Source of the DNA: Chiloscyllium plagiosum | Lineage: Eukaryota | Assembly: GCF_004010195.1 (NCBI RefSeq) | Contig: NC_057751.1 | Coordinates: forward strand, 9,059,611-9,123,610 | Length of the DNA stretch: 64,000 nucleotides | Direction of reading: 5' to 3' | In this document: positions 12,546 to 25,619 of the stretch, one piece after another | Numbering within the stretch: the first letter of the stretch is position 1 | Layout of the letters: the number at the start of each line of letters is the position of its first letter | Made by a program: the position numbers and the translations under genes | Notes under the pieces: model-generated | Told to the model about the DNA's origin: nothing | Database searches by the model: none | Seen by the model: the letters and a program-made list of their open reading frames with translations, nothing else

Positions 12546-14156
12546 GAATTTTAATTCCTGAAGTAGGAAATATTTCTTCCCAAGCATGAAGAACAAATGA
12601 AATAAAACTGCAGATTGTGCAGGCAGCAACCATATCAGAAAATGACTATTGAAATATCTGAAGGAATGAGAACATGAGAAAACAGAATGTTTTTCTTGTA
12701 ATATCAATTCAAAGTCATTATTTGGGGCTGACTGTTGGATATGAATCAAGAAATTCTTGGACTGATTATTGGTTAAGTGTTGCTTCATTCCGATAGGCAC
12801 TAAATTATGCTGTGCTCAAGATGATAAAATACACATGCTATAGGGATGGATTCAAACCTTTAAAGCAAGGACTGGCCTCTTTCATTTTCCATCACCATAT
12901 TGCTTGTTGGTTTGTAAGAATTCCAACTGACAATATTCTTCAGATTGTGAGTTGACAATGTTGAAGCCAAAACTGAAGCATATAGATCAGGATGGTTCAA
13001 GATTAACTGTTTGGTCTGTACTGACCTAATGGATCAATTCCATAATGCTTTTTAAAAACACATCTGTGTGTCAATATATCAATAAAACTTAAATTTTGAA
13101 ACCACATTCTTGATTTAAAGACTCTGCTATGTCAACAGCTTTATCCAGCCATTCAAGATTTCTGTGCTTCTCTAGTTTGAGCTCTTGCACTTGAATAATG
13201 TCATCATTGCTGGCAGTGCCTTAAGCTGTTTAAGTTGTCAGCTTGAGAATTCCCCTCCTGAAAGTTGCTCTCTTAAGCAACATCTTAAAACTTTCCTGAT
13301 ATGTTAAGATTTTGGTAATGGCATTAATATCACCTTTGATGGCTTGGGGCCATATTTTATTTGCGAATGTTCTTACAAAGTGCTTTGGAGGTTTTACAGT
13401 CTTATACATACAAGTTGTCACAAATATGATGATCCATGAAGTTGCAGGTCTTCACTAAAATCTTAAATGATGATCCACATTTGAACCCTACTCTCAACAG
13501 AAGCTGCATTCTACGGATACAATTACCCTGTGGCCCCAAGAGAATCTTGGAATGGCACAGCACAAAAGGAGTCCATAAAGCCCATCATGCCTGTACAAAC
13601 TCTTTAGAAGAGTTCTCCATGGGAAAAGTAGCCAGCCAGTGATGCTGACTGAGGACAGAAATTTCCCCTTAAACTTAACCTGAAGAACGAATTGATATGG
13701 GGTGTCCAAATTAAGAAAACCAAAGGATCAGTTGATGGCACAATAGAGGGAAATGAATGAGAAAAATGTCTTGGGTTAAGGTAAACCTGTTCTCCTAATA
13801 TATTGAGGTTTGTACTGCTTTGTAACAAAAGACCAGGAACATAACTACCTCAATGACTGTCTACCTCTCATTCAGCTCCACCTGATCCCTCTTTCTATTT
13901 CATCACAAGGACCTCATTTCACTTGCTTGCTTCTTTATCCGTAACTGTACATAATGTGATTTCTTTCTGCACTTCTGCCAGTCTCCTCTCTGCTTCTATT
14001 TGTTCTTTTTTTGGTCTGCTCTCATATCCTGTCTAATTCCATCCTTTGCAATGGGCTGCCAATTAAACTTGTTTTACTTCATATGAGCAGCAAGACAAGT
14101 TTTCTTGACATAATACTGACAGCAAGTGGATTTTACTACAGTATGTTGTGCTTTAG

Positions 14157-14324
<168 letters not shown>

Positions 14325-14864
14325 TAAGTGAGGCTGAAGATTCCTCTGGAAAGGGACAGCATCATGCTGGTGAGCTCCTTTACATTTCTGAACAAACTGT
14401 GGGCAATGACGCTCACCACAGATATCTTGTGGAACCCCAATAAATAATAACCTCCTTCTAAACTGAGAAGCCTGACTGCTCTTCTTGTTCCCGATCCCAA
14501 TAAAATGATACGAATTGCTACGTTTGCGACAAGTGTCCTGGCTGAGATGGGGTCACTCTGCCCAAAAGGGGGCACTGATACCAATCGGCTCCTAATGAGT
14601 GAGCTCAGTAACTCATGAAAGGAAATGTAAAATAATTAGAAATAACCAGAAATAATTTTGAATATTCACAGCTGACACTGAGAAGTTTCAGATAAAATTA
14701 CCTGTGGGGAGCAAGTGAGGTGGGATGGATCAGACGGTCCTTTTGCCTCTTGCTTCTCAGAGTCTTAGGATACATTCTGTCTCCATTGAGGATCTTAAAT
14801 AAAATTAGCTCTGAGAATCTTAATTTACTGCCTGATATAATGACCTGATCTACAGTTCATAGCT

Positions 14865-15140
14865 AGAAACATAGAAAACAGTAGCAACAATAGGCCATTC
14901 AGCCCTTCAAACCTGCTTCTCCATTCAATATGATCATGCCTCATCCTGTTATTCAGTCCCCTGTTCCTGCTTTCTCCCCATACCCTTTGATCCCTTTCAC
15001 CCTCAGAACTATATGTAACTCTTTGTTGCAAACAGTCAATGTTTTGGCGTCAACTACTTCCCTTGGCAGAGAATTCCACAGGCTCACCACTCCTAAATGG
15101 CCTACTCCATATCATTAGAATGTGATCCCTGGATCTGATT
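14865..15140 (-). mobile_element. CR1 3' tail fragment
   Basis: tagaaacatagaaaa...aggccattcagccc...gaattccacaggctcaccac; homologous to 50060-50390. Confidence 0.75.
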
Positions 15141-15313
15141 TCAAAACTAACTCATAATATTGAATCTCACCCACAGAGGTCAGAGGAGAAATTGTTATTT
15201 TGGTCCAGTGCGAATGTTTTAATGATGTGGGGGTGCCAGTGTAGGACAGGATTGGACAAAGTTAAAGATCACACAACACCAGGTTATAGTCCAACAGGTT
15301 TATTTGGAAGTAC

Positions 15314-15342
15314 TAGCTTTCGGAGTGCTGCTCCTTCATCAG
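15314..15342 (-). ncRNA. Minimal hammerhead-ribozyme-like motif, inverted copy
   Basis: Exact reverse complement of 15444-15472; only 2 bp of stem I. Confidence 0.65.
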
Positions 15343-15443
15343 GTCGCTGTGGAGCAGAATCATAAGATACAGAATTTATAACAAACGATCACAGTGATCT
15401 TTTGCTATAAATTCTGTGTTTTATGATCCTGCTCCACAGCGTC

Positions 15444-15472
15444 CTGATGAAGGAGCAGCACTCCGAAAGCTA
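15444..15472 (+). ncRNA. Minimal hammerhead-ribozyme-like motif (PLE type)
   Basis: CTGATGA-A-GGAG-cagca-CTCC-GAAA-GC-TA: intact core boxes, 4-bp stem II and palindromic AGCT in place of stem III. Stem I is poorly paired, so activity is unproven. Confidence 0.65.
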
Positions 15473-15769
15473 GTACATCCAAATAAACCTGTTTGACTAT
15501 AACCTGATGTTGTGTGAATGTTTTAATGACATTGATAGAGATGCACTGCTGGAATATTGTAATTGGAGCTTTTTTGTTGTATCTCACCATGTTGCAACTG
15601 ACCCTGAAGTATTTGATGGGGCAAAGTAAAAGGAGCTTGACTGCATCTAACACTAAATGCTCGATGCGAAGGCAGAAGGAGCCTAACTCTTCACTTAAAC
15701 CATGCTGTCACTTAGTTGGGAGTATAGGATGGAACAGCCTGGAGCAAACTTTACTGTGCATGCTAACAG

Positions 15770-16720
15770 GAAGCAAGTGGGAGGGTTGGTAAGTGCAAGT
15801 GTTGTGTCAAAGGGATCGGTGCTGGGTCCACAACTATTTATACTGTCAATCAATCATTTGGATGACAGGGCTGAAGATATGATAGCTAAATATTCTGATG
15901 AAACCAAGGTGCTTGGAAAGTAAATTGTCAGGATGAGGTAGAGAATTTGCAAAGGGGAATACATAAGCTAAAAAATGGCAAGTAAGGGAGAATGTGGGAG
16001 AAGGTGAACTTGTTCACTTTAACAGGACGAATAGAAGAGCAATAGTTTATTCAAATTGAATGAGATTTCAGAATTCAGTGGTACAGAGGCAGTGCGCATG
16101 AATCAAAAAACATGTTAGCAGGCAGAAACAGCAAGTGATTAGAATGTTTTGCTGCATCTGTCTGGGACTTTGCTGAGATCTTATCTAAAGTACTGTCTGC
16201 AGTTCATTTCTTCTTGTTTGAAGGAAAGGTAAAAGTGTATTCAAAGCAGTTCACCTGACTCACTCCTGGGATGAGGGGCTTATGTGCTCAGGAAAATTTC
16301 AACAGGTTGGGCCTCGACTATTGCATTTTAGAAGAAAGAAAAGTGATATTATGAAAACATAGAACATCATGAGCAGATTTGATATTATGGATATTGGGAA
16401 GATACTTAATCTTGCAGAGGAGTGTCATGTCCTCAGGGACACAGTTGAAAAATATGAGGCCTTGGTTTTTAGGAGTAGCACAGGCTTTTTTGCCTCCTTT
16501 ACAAGGCTATTAATATTTGGAATTCTCTTTCCCAGACAGCTCTGGAGGACGAATTTTATCAAGGTAGCATTCAATAGATTTTTGATGGACATGGGAATAA
16601 TGGGATGAGAGGCACTCAGGAAAGCAAAGTTGAGACCACAATTAGATCAGACATGATCTTATTAAATGGTGGACCAGACTCAAAGGGCCAAATGGTCTAT
16701 TACTGCTGCTAAGTGCTCTG
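15770..16720 (+). mobile_element. Old CR1 LINE
   Basis: [30 protein letters not shown] motif, followed by decayed 3' sequence and tail. Confidence 0.75.
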
Positions 16721-17247
16721 TTCCTAACGATTTGTATTCACCAGAATACAAAATATTGATTGGCATTGCATTGGGGGTTCAACTTTGCATTTAAACCTTG
16801 TTTTCAGATGACTGAGAATATTTGACAGGACAACGTGGTGAGATTTGTACTTTTTTAGATGAATTTTATTGAGGAATACAAAATCATGATGTTCAAAGCT
16901 TGATACAGAAAGCACTTTATTCCAGTATTAATATTCCTCATCTTAAGGATCATAAATTTAAAAAGGGACTCAATAATACAATAAGGCAAGCATGGCAATA
17001 TCAAATGGACTGGAAAATATCTCATCATTGTGGTAAAAGATGATTGCTGAAGGGGTTAATTATGGATGTGGTACTGACTTTCCCATTTGACTGATGTGAT
17101 TCAATCTGTGGGTGCAGACAAGGAGTTTTACTCAAGGTTTTGAAGGGAGCAGATGAAGCTGCACCAGCTCCTCAATGACCTCATAATTATGCCTGACCAA
17201 ATGTCGCTAATCTTCTTACTATCAGGTAATCAAACCTTTTGGGTCTT

Positions 17248-17338
17248 GTAACAATGTCCGTTTCTCTGGGCCAGAAAGTCCAGGTTCAGTCCCACATAAG
17301 GTGTGTCATAATATGTCTGAACAGATTGATTAAAAATA
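17248..17338 (+). repeat. Short SINE-like repeat
   Basis: Homologous to 60174-60270 and 10281-10347 (ggttca..., gtgtgtca, tctgaacaga...gatta.aaaat). Confidence 0.55.
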
Positions 17339-18802
17339 ATTGCAATAAATCTTACTGTCTAAGAAGGCTTCCTTTTCAGTAGATATTCCACAGTGGTGCA
17401 TCCACGGCCATTAACCACTAGATAGGTTCAAGATAGAGGAGGATTGGTGGTGCCCATACCCAGTATTACGTATTGGTAGAGGTGGCAAACACCAAAATGG
17501 ACCAAGAATGGTCATTGAAGAAAATATCACAATTACCAACTGGAGGTAAACAGTCAACACAGATGCCAAAACCATCACAACGTTTGCTTTTAATCAAAAT
17601 TTTCTTGTTTCGGCAGAGACATTTTTAACAGATTAGAACACAAGCACAAAATATAGATCATGGGAAAAAAAATATCAAATCCCAATCCTGACTGCATTTC
17701 CAAGATACAAGAGGTTTTTGTAGCTGGAAGGATTTATGCCCAGTGTTTTGGGGATTTGCATGGGACTATAAGCAACCCCCTGGATCTGAGTGCAGCGGAT
17801 CTCAGTTTTGAAAGTCAAGCATTGCAGAAGAAAAAGGAACAGGAAATGGAGGGAGGTGTTAGAGGAAGCTGTCAGGAGATGAGTGATAGATACCAGATGG
17901 CTCGGGTCAGTTTCATTGACCCAGGAAACTGACAAGAGGGAGGAGTGCTGGCACTGGCCAAAGTGCTCAACCCTCCCTGCTGCAATCACAACACATTACT
18001 GAAACCTCGTTTAAATGATTAAGTAGACTGATTCACTCATTTCACAGATTATGTTACATCTCAAACATGGATCTTCCACAGATGCCTTTAGTTTGCCAGA
18101 TGAAAGAAATTAATTTGTTAAACCCTCCCCTTTGCTCCTGAAGGATGGGATGCATTTTTTGTAAAAATGGGCTGTCCTCTTGTAGTCTCATCCAACTGGC
18201 TATTCCTCATGTGTTAACCTTAATTTAGAATGTCAAGAACATTTCAGATCAGCTTGTAATTGTTCTCACCCTTATTTGCCAATCACAATCAAGATCAGAA
18301 TGATAGCTGGTTCTCATTTCTTTTTCTGATGGTTCTAAGGCTAATTACAGTAGTAGGAGAAGCTGTTTTGAGCTGCAGAATGGATAGGGGTTTGAGAACA
18401 TTGTTTTAAGGAGATTGGTGAAAGTTTCAGAAACAGCATGACAAAAGATTTATTTCATACATTACAATAAGTGGCCAGAACCCCAAAATACTGCAGGTGT
18501 TTTGAGCCCTCAAATCTGGAGACATAAGTTCAGTGGTTTGCTGGCAAAACATCTTTGTGAGACTGATGGATTGTCACACCTAAAGGTATCGAGGAAACCT
18601 CAGGCAGAAAGACAGCAAATTGAGATAATAAGTGGGCTGACTGTCCAAAGCTTGCTTCTGATCTGAGAACAATCACTCACAGACATTTACGTGGTTTTCC
18701 TTCCAGGAATGTTAAAAAAGGAGTTAGAAAATTGCTTTAACACAAGTGTCTGTGTGCGCTTTCATTCAACTTCTGTGTACGAGAGTGAGTCTAATTTGAA
18801 TC

Positions 18803-19276
18803 AGAATCCCTACTGTGTGGAAACAGGCCCTTTGGCCCAACAATTCCACACCGATCCTCCGAAGAGTAACCCACTCAGACCTATTCCCCTACCCTATTAC
18901 TCTACATTTATCCCTGACTAATGCACCTAACCTACACAGCCCTGACCACTATGGGCAATTTAGATTGGATTCTCTACAGTATGGAAACAGACCATTTGGC
19001 CCAACAAGTCCACACCAACCCTCAGAAGAGTAACCCACCCAGATCCATTTCCCTCTGACTAAGGCTCCTAACACTATGAGCAATTTAGCATGGTCAATTC
19101 ACCTTACATGCATACCTTTGGACTATGGGAGGAAACCAGAGCACCTGGAGGAAACCCACGCAGATCTGGGGAGCATGTGCAAACTCCACACAGACAGTCA
19201 CCCAAAGCTGGAATCGAACCTGCGTCTCTGGCGCTGTGAAGCAGCAGTGTTAACCACTGAGCCACTGTGCTGCCCC
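18803..19276 (-). mobile_element. HE1-like V-SINE with two tandem 3' tails
   Basis: Head and V-domain at 19089-19276; two different tail variants at 18803-18963 and 18964-19088. Confidence 0.85.
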
Positions 19277-21141
19277 AACTTGAGTTATTTGCTGCAACTT
19301 GCATGCTCAATTTTGTAAATATACCAAATTATTATGAGAATTTAAAGTCTCCTATTTCTGAGAAAATACAAGTCCAGTAACCTCAATACTTTCTCAGGAA
19401 TTAGATTTCACATATACTTGGTGTGGAAGTGATGGTTTCAGAACAGCCATTTTGGGATAGAAAGAAAAATAATGTCTCATTCCAAGTCCTGCAAACCAGT
19501 TTAAAAAAAGGAGTCAGGATAAATGAACTTCAATTAGCACTCAAAACCAAGAATCCTGAAAATCATGTTTTCAACTGTACACATCAATGCAACCAGTGCA
19601 ACAAAATAACAGTAAACTTACTCCTTCGGTGATTTGAAAAAAAGCCCAGCGAAATTGGCTCCTTTTTGAAGCAAAGTTAATTTGATCTGGGAAAAAGGTA
19701 TTCTCAAGGGAAGGGATCCTTTATAAATTAACCTCTTGTAACCAAGAGAGGGTGGGTGAATAAAGAAATACAATCCATTCATTACTTTTCATCTGGAAAC
19801 TGAACAGTGTGGGGTATTCTGTCTGAACCTGTAACATGTTGGGAAGGGTCATCCAGGGTCTGGTTGAACACATGGCAAATTCCTGGGATCTGGAACGGAT
19901 AGACCAAAAAGTTGGTGGAAGTAGCGTCAACTGTAATTTTCAAAGTACTTTGGAATTTGGGTGACGGTAAGAAAATTGCAGGAAAATGGGGAAAGAGAGG
20001 CAGGGTCAAAAATCATTGGATTGTTTAATTAAAGATTCATCACAAGAATGATGGGCTGACTGGCATTTTGATCTGGATCACTATATGATTACTGCTTCCC
20101 TGCTTGAGAGCTTCTAACTCAGCATAGCCTCATGATTGATTCTGGATTGATAGATTGCTACAAACTAGTTTTATCGACATGACCGGAGCATTTTAGACTG
20201 ACTCATCCCATTTTGAAGTTTATTATTTATTCCTGTCGATCATCTCACAATGTGACAGATACCACTCTGTTGACAAAGAAAGCAGGCAGGTATGTGATCT
20301 GTCACAAAGCATTGCTACTGCAGATTTGGCGAGTAAGACTGGTGCAAGGGTGTCACTCACCCTGCCCCACATGCCACCCGAGCACTTACCCAATATCAGA
20401 AAGTCATAACTCAGAAAAAACTCAAGTGCTTTTTCAAAAATAAGTGAATTAATCAACTGTGTGTAGTCCTGACAGAGATCACACATTGAAAAAATAGCTC
20501 TTATGACTCCACTCCTGATTACCACCCGATCAATGACACATCATTTGTCAATCATTCAAGCATTTTTTTCCATTTCATTGCATGAATCTTAATTCTGAAA
20601 TTGGTTTGCAGTCTGTCTTCTCACATTTTGTAGTGAATTTCTAGACATTTTTTCACCTCAAATTCATTTTCCCTCATGCACTTAATATTGTAAAATCATA
20701 AATGAGTTTTTTGTATACAATTCTAGTACATATTAGATATGAGATATCAGATTGCAGTTTTCAGTTCCAGTGATTGATGATAGGAACATTTGTGTCATGC
20801 ACCAAAATCTACGCGCTCTGGAACCATTCTTGCCAGAGCTCATGATTCATTGACATATTCAATGCAAGTTCTCAGATAGCTGAGATCTCACACAGGAGGG
20901 GTACCTGGATTGTTGCCATTCCTCTAACAATGTAAAGGGCTGCAGCAGTCATTTGAAATCATGCATTCTTTAAGCAGTGAAAAATTTATATTCATATTTT
21001 TTTCACGAAATACTAAATACAGTTAAAAATCTAATATATCAAACACTCCCAGGACAGGGACAGCACACTGAGCTCTCTCAGTGATATTGCAGTCATATAT
21101 TTGAAGGACAGGCATAATCTGAGCAGAAATGCAGTGTTAAA

Positions 21142-22715
21142 CTCAGTCATAAAGATGTACAGCATGGAAACGGACACTTTGGTCCAACTTGTTCATGCCG
21201 ACCAGATATCCCAACCCAATCTAGTCCCACCTGCCAGCACCCGGCCCATATTCCTCCAAACCCTTCCTATTCATATACCCATCTAAATGCCTTTTAAATG
21301 TTGCAATTGTTCTAGCCTCCACCACTTCCTCTGGCAGCTTATTCCACATCTCTGCATGAAAACGTTGCCCCTTAGGTCTCTTTTATATCTTTCCCCTCTC
21401 ACCCTAAACCTATGCCCTCTAGTTCTGGACTCCCTCACCACAGAGAAAAGACCTTGTCTATTTACCCTATTCATGCCCCTCATGATTTTGTAAACCTTTA
21501 TAAGGTCACCCCCCAGCCTCCAATGCTCCAGAGAAAATAGCCCTAACCTATTCAACCTCTCCCTATAGCTCCACTCCTCCAACCCTGGCAACATCCTTGT
21601 AAATCTTTTCTGAACCCTTTCAAGTTTCATAACATCCTTCCGATAGGAAGGAGACCAGAATTGCACCCAATATTCCAACAGTGGCCTAACCAATGTCCTG
21701 TGCAGCCGCAACATGACCTCCCAACTCCTATACTCAATACACTGACCAATAAAAGAAAGCATACCAAACACCTTCTTCACTACCCTATCTACCTGCGACT
21801 CAACTTTCAAGGAGCTATGAACCTGCACCACAAGGTCTCTTTGTTCAGCAACACTTCCTAGGATCTTACCATTAAGTGTATAAGTCCTGCTCAGATTTGC
21901 TTTCCCAAAATGCAGCACCTCGTATTTATCTAAATTAAACCTCATCTGCCACTTCTCAGCCCATTGGCCCATCTGATCAAGATCCAATTGTAATCCAAGG
22001 TAACCCTCTTCGCTGTCCACTACACCTCCAATTTTGGTGTCATCTGCAAACTTACTAACCATACCTCTTATGCTCACATCCAAATCATTTATATAAATGA
22101 CGAAAAGTAGTGGACCCAACACCGATCCTTGTGGCACTCCACTGGTCACAGGCCTCCAGTCTGAAAAACAACCCTCCACTACTGCCCTATTGACTTCTAC
22201 CTTTGAGCCAGTTCTGTATCTAAATGGCTAGTTCTCCCTGTATTCCGTGAGATCTAACCTTGCTAACCAGTCTCCCATGGGGAACCTTCTCGAATGCCTT
22301 ACTGAAGTCCATATAGATCACGTCTACTGCTCTGCCCTCATCAATCCTCTTTGTTACTTCTTCAAAAAACTCAATCAAGTTTGTGAGACATGATTTCACT
22401 CACACAAAGCCATGCTGACTATTCCTAATCAGTCCTTGCCTTTCCAAATACATGTACATCCTGTCCCTCAGGATTCCCTCCAAACACTTGCCCACCACCA
22501 ATGTCAGGCTCACCAGTCTATAGTTCCCTGGCTTGCCCTTACCACCTTTCTTAAAAAGCAGCACCACGTTAGCCAACCTCCTGTCTTCCGGCACCTCACC
22601 AGATTTATCCACCTCTATGCGTTTCAAGACATCCAGCACTTCCTCCTTTTTTCAAGATGTCACCATCTATTTCCCTAAATTCTATATCTTCCACGTCCTT
22701 TTCCACAGTAAACAC
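21142..22715 (-). mobile_element. CR1/HER1-type LINE, relatively young, 5'-truncated with internal deletions
   Basis: ORF 21283-22179 (298 aa) has [22 protein letters not shown] and SKFADDTKIG; the upstream fragment has PGNYRLVSLT..QHGFV. Confidence 0.93.
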
Positions 22716-22749
22716 CAATCGAAACTGACTTCATCACCCCCCGCCAAAC

Positions 22750-22777
<28 letters not shown>
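22750..22777. repeat. (CA)14 microsatellite
   Basis: Perfect dinucleotide run read directly. Confidence 0.97.
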
Positions 22778-22779
<2 letters not shown>

Positions 22780-22780
<1 letters not shown>

Positions 22781-23625
22781 ACTTCAGACTACAATAGGAT
22801 GTTGATCAGATGGGCAAATGGGCCAAGGAGTGGCAGATGTACTTTAATTTAGATAAACGCGAGGTGCTGCATTTTGGTACGGCAAATCAGGGCAGTACTT
22901 ATACACTTAATGGTAAGGTTTGCTGAAGAAAGAGATCTTGGGGTGCAGGTTCATAGTTCCTTGGAAGTGGAGTCACAAGTGAACAGGATAGTGAAGCAGA
23001 CGTTGATACACTTGCCTTTGTCGGTCAGTGCTTTGAATGAAGGAGTTGGTCGGTCATGTTGCAGCTGTACACATTGGTTAGGCCACTTTTGGAATACTGC
23101 ATTCAATTCTGGTCTCCCTGGCATGGGAAAGATGTTGTGAAACTTGAAAGGGTTCAGATAAGATTTACAAGGCTGTTGCCAGGGTTGGAGGGCTTGAGCT
23201 ATATGGAGAGGCTGAATAGTTGGGGCTATTCTCCCTGGAGTGTCGCAGGCTGAGGTCTGACCTCATAGAGGCTTTTAAATTATGAGGGGCATGGATAGGG
23301 TGAATAGCCAAGTTTACACCAGGGTGGGGGAGTCTAAAACTAGAGGTTTAAGGTGAGAGGGAAAGGATATAAAAGGGACCCAAGGGGCAACTTTTTCACA
23401 CAGAGGGTGGTGCATGTATGGAAAGAGCTGCCAGAGGAGGTGGAGGTGGCTGGTACAATTACAACATTCAAAAGGCATCTGGATGGCTACATAAATAGGA
23501 AAAGTTCACAGGGGTTTGGGCCAAATGCTGGCAAATGGGACTGTATTACTTCAGGATATCTGGTCAGCATGGATGAGTTGGACTGAAGGGTCTGTTTCCA
23601 TGCTGTACATCTCCTTTACTTGATT
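22780..23625 (+). mobile_element. CR1 3' portion
   Basis: LYTLVRPLLEYCIQFWSP..KLERVQ, RGNFFTQRVVHVW and a CR1 tail. Confidence 0.9.
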
Positions 23626-24749
23626 ACTGATACATCCAGCCAAGTACTTTATTGATACAGATTCTGTTTCAGGGAGGGGTCAAATGGTTTATTTCATTCT
23701 ACCCAATCATTTTCATCAGAAATATTCCCTTTCTCCCTCCATCCTGTCTTACTTATTTGCATCTCATATAATTTCTCTTATTGATATTAACTCCAATAAC
23801 ATTTAACACAAAATAGGCACAGTCTCTTGTTCATAAGGGAAGGTCAATGTATAGGTTAGACTTAATTATTTTATATAGGAGTGGTGAATGTATGAAACTG
23901 ACTTCAAGGAGACAAACTTAACATATTGGCAGATTCAACAGGGGAGTGGATAAAAAGTTAGTGAAGAAACCAATTGAATTTTGTGGAGTTTTCGAGTGAT
24001 GCATGACATCTTTTGGACTGGAATTAGTCTGATGGACTTTTACAACAGTCTGATTTTGTTCAGTGCATTGTTTTACTTTCTCATTCCAGCTCCACTCTCT
24101 TACCTATCTCCTGTTCTTCATCATCAACTAATATCTAAGACAAGGGACCTTTCTCTTTCAGGATAGGCATTTAAAATATTGCAAAGCTTTGGCAGCTGTA
24201 ATTGAATCCACAATTTACAAACAGTGTCAGGCCTGCATATTATGTCCCAGAAAGATGTAGCCTTTCCCTTTGACTGTAAAAGGTTTCAACCCAATGACTA
24301 ACGAGTTTAACTTTTATTTAACATTGTTAACATTGTATGAACCATTTGTGTATCTTAACACGTTCCAGAATAATACTAATTTCTAACATTTTCATAACCT
24401 GTGTTCACAACAAGCTGTTCAATCAGGGGTGAATTCCAGAAAGTTTATAATTGCAACCACTTTTTCAAGTATTTTCAGATGCCCGCACAGGAAATGAGAA
24501 AATCTGCAAATACACTGTCCTGTACATCTTCCAGAAATATTTTAAAAAACTTCAAATTCTTTAAAACTTAAGGGACTGTTCTGGAGAAAAATGGGCGAAG
24601 CACTTGCACAAAGCAAGAGTCATAAATAGCAGCAAAATGAAAAAGGAGCTCATTCTGTTTTTGGTTTAGTTAAGGGAAGGATCCTAACTTGGAATACAAA
24701 CAGAAAGTGCAGAAAAATGCTCAGCAAGTTTGGCAACATCCGTGGAGAA

Positions 24750-25324
24750 GTCGAAAAGTGTGGTGCTGGAAAAGCACAGCTTGTCAGGCAGCATCTGAGG
24801 AGCAGGAGAGTTGATATTTTGAGTATAAGCTCTTCATCAGGAATGAGGGAGGTGCCCAAGGGGGTTGAGAGATAAATGGGAGGGGGTGGGACTGAGGGGA
24901 AGGTAGTTGGAAATGTGGTAGGTAGATGAAGGTGGGGGGTGATGATGATAGGTCAGAGAGAAGGGTGGAGCGGAAAAGGTGGGAAGGGAAATGGACAGGT
25001 TGGACAGTTCGAGAGGACAGTGCTGAGTTAGAGGGTTGGATCTGGGATAAGGTGGGGGCAGGGAAATGATGAACCTGGAGAAATCAACATTGATCCTGTG
25101 TGATTGGAGGATCCCAAGGCAGAAGATGAGGCATTCTTCCTCCAGACATTGGATGGGTAGAGTTTGGCGGTGGAGAAGGCCAAGGCCTTTCATGTCCTTG
25201 GTAGAGTGGGAGGGGGAGTTGAAGTGTTTGGCCGCAGGGCAGTGGGGTTGTTTGGTGAGTGTGTCCCAGAGATGTTCCCTGAAATGTCCCGTAAGTTGGT
25301 GTCCTGTCTCCTCAATGCAGAGGA
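24750..25324 (-). mobile_element. Penelope-like element 3' fragment with GIY-YIG endonuclease C-terminus and terminal repeat
   Basis: Minus strand reads ETGHQLTGHFREHL..AKHFNSPSHSTKDMKGLGLLH..LEEECLIFCLGILQSHRINVDF. A pyrimidine-rich UTR and a decayed hammerhead-like motif (CTGATGAAGAG...CTC) follow near 24812-24840. Confidence 0.8.
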
Positions 25325-25572
25325 GAATAGGAAGGATGCTGGCAGGTGGGAATAGATTGGGTTGGGTTATCTGGTCGGCATGGATGAGTTAGACTGAAGT
25401 GTCTGTTTACATGCTGTACATCTCTATGACTCTATGACTCTCGCATGAGAGGATGCAGAAAAGATTTGCAAAGATGCTGCTGGGACTGGAGGGGTTGAGC
25501 TATCAGGAAAGACTAGATCAACTTGGGCTTTCTTCCCTGGAGTGTCAGAAGTTGAGGGGTGACATTGTAGAG
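25325..25572 (+). repeat. Inverted duplicate of 25960-26199
   Basis: Near-identical reverse complement that spans the junction of two separate CR1 copies. Confidence 0.9.
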
Positions 25573-25619
25573 CAACGGACACAGTAGATGATGTTTCAAA
25601 TCTAATTTGATTCTTCTCA

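Larger units (their letters stand above)
15226..15515. mobile_element. Fold-back Penelope-like terminal-repeat insertion
   Basis: Inverted arms 15269-15392 and 15394-15517 (124 bp each), an unpaired left extension, and 14-bp TSD gaatgttttaatga at 15212-15225 and 15516-15529. Confidence 0.85.

Noticed and set aside
21283..22179. 298-aa RT ORF as an active or domesticated gene
   Set aside because: It lacks the N-terminal RT motifs and the endonuclease, upstream sequence is broken, and it is one of many similar copies.
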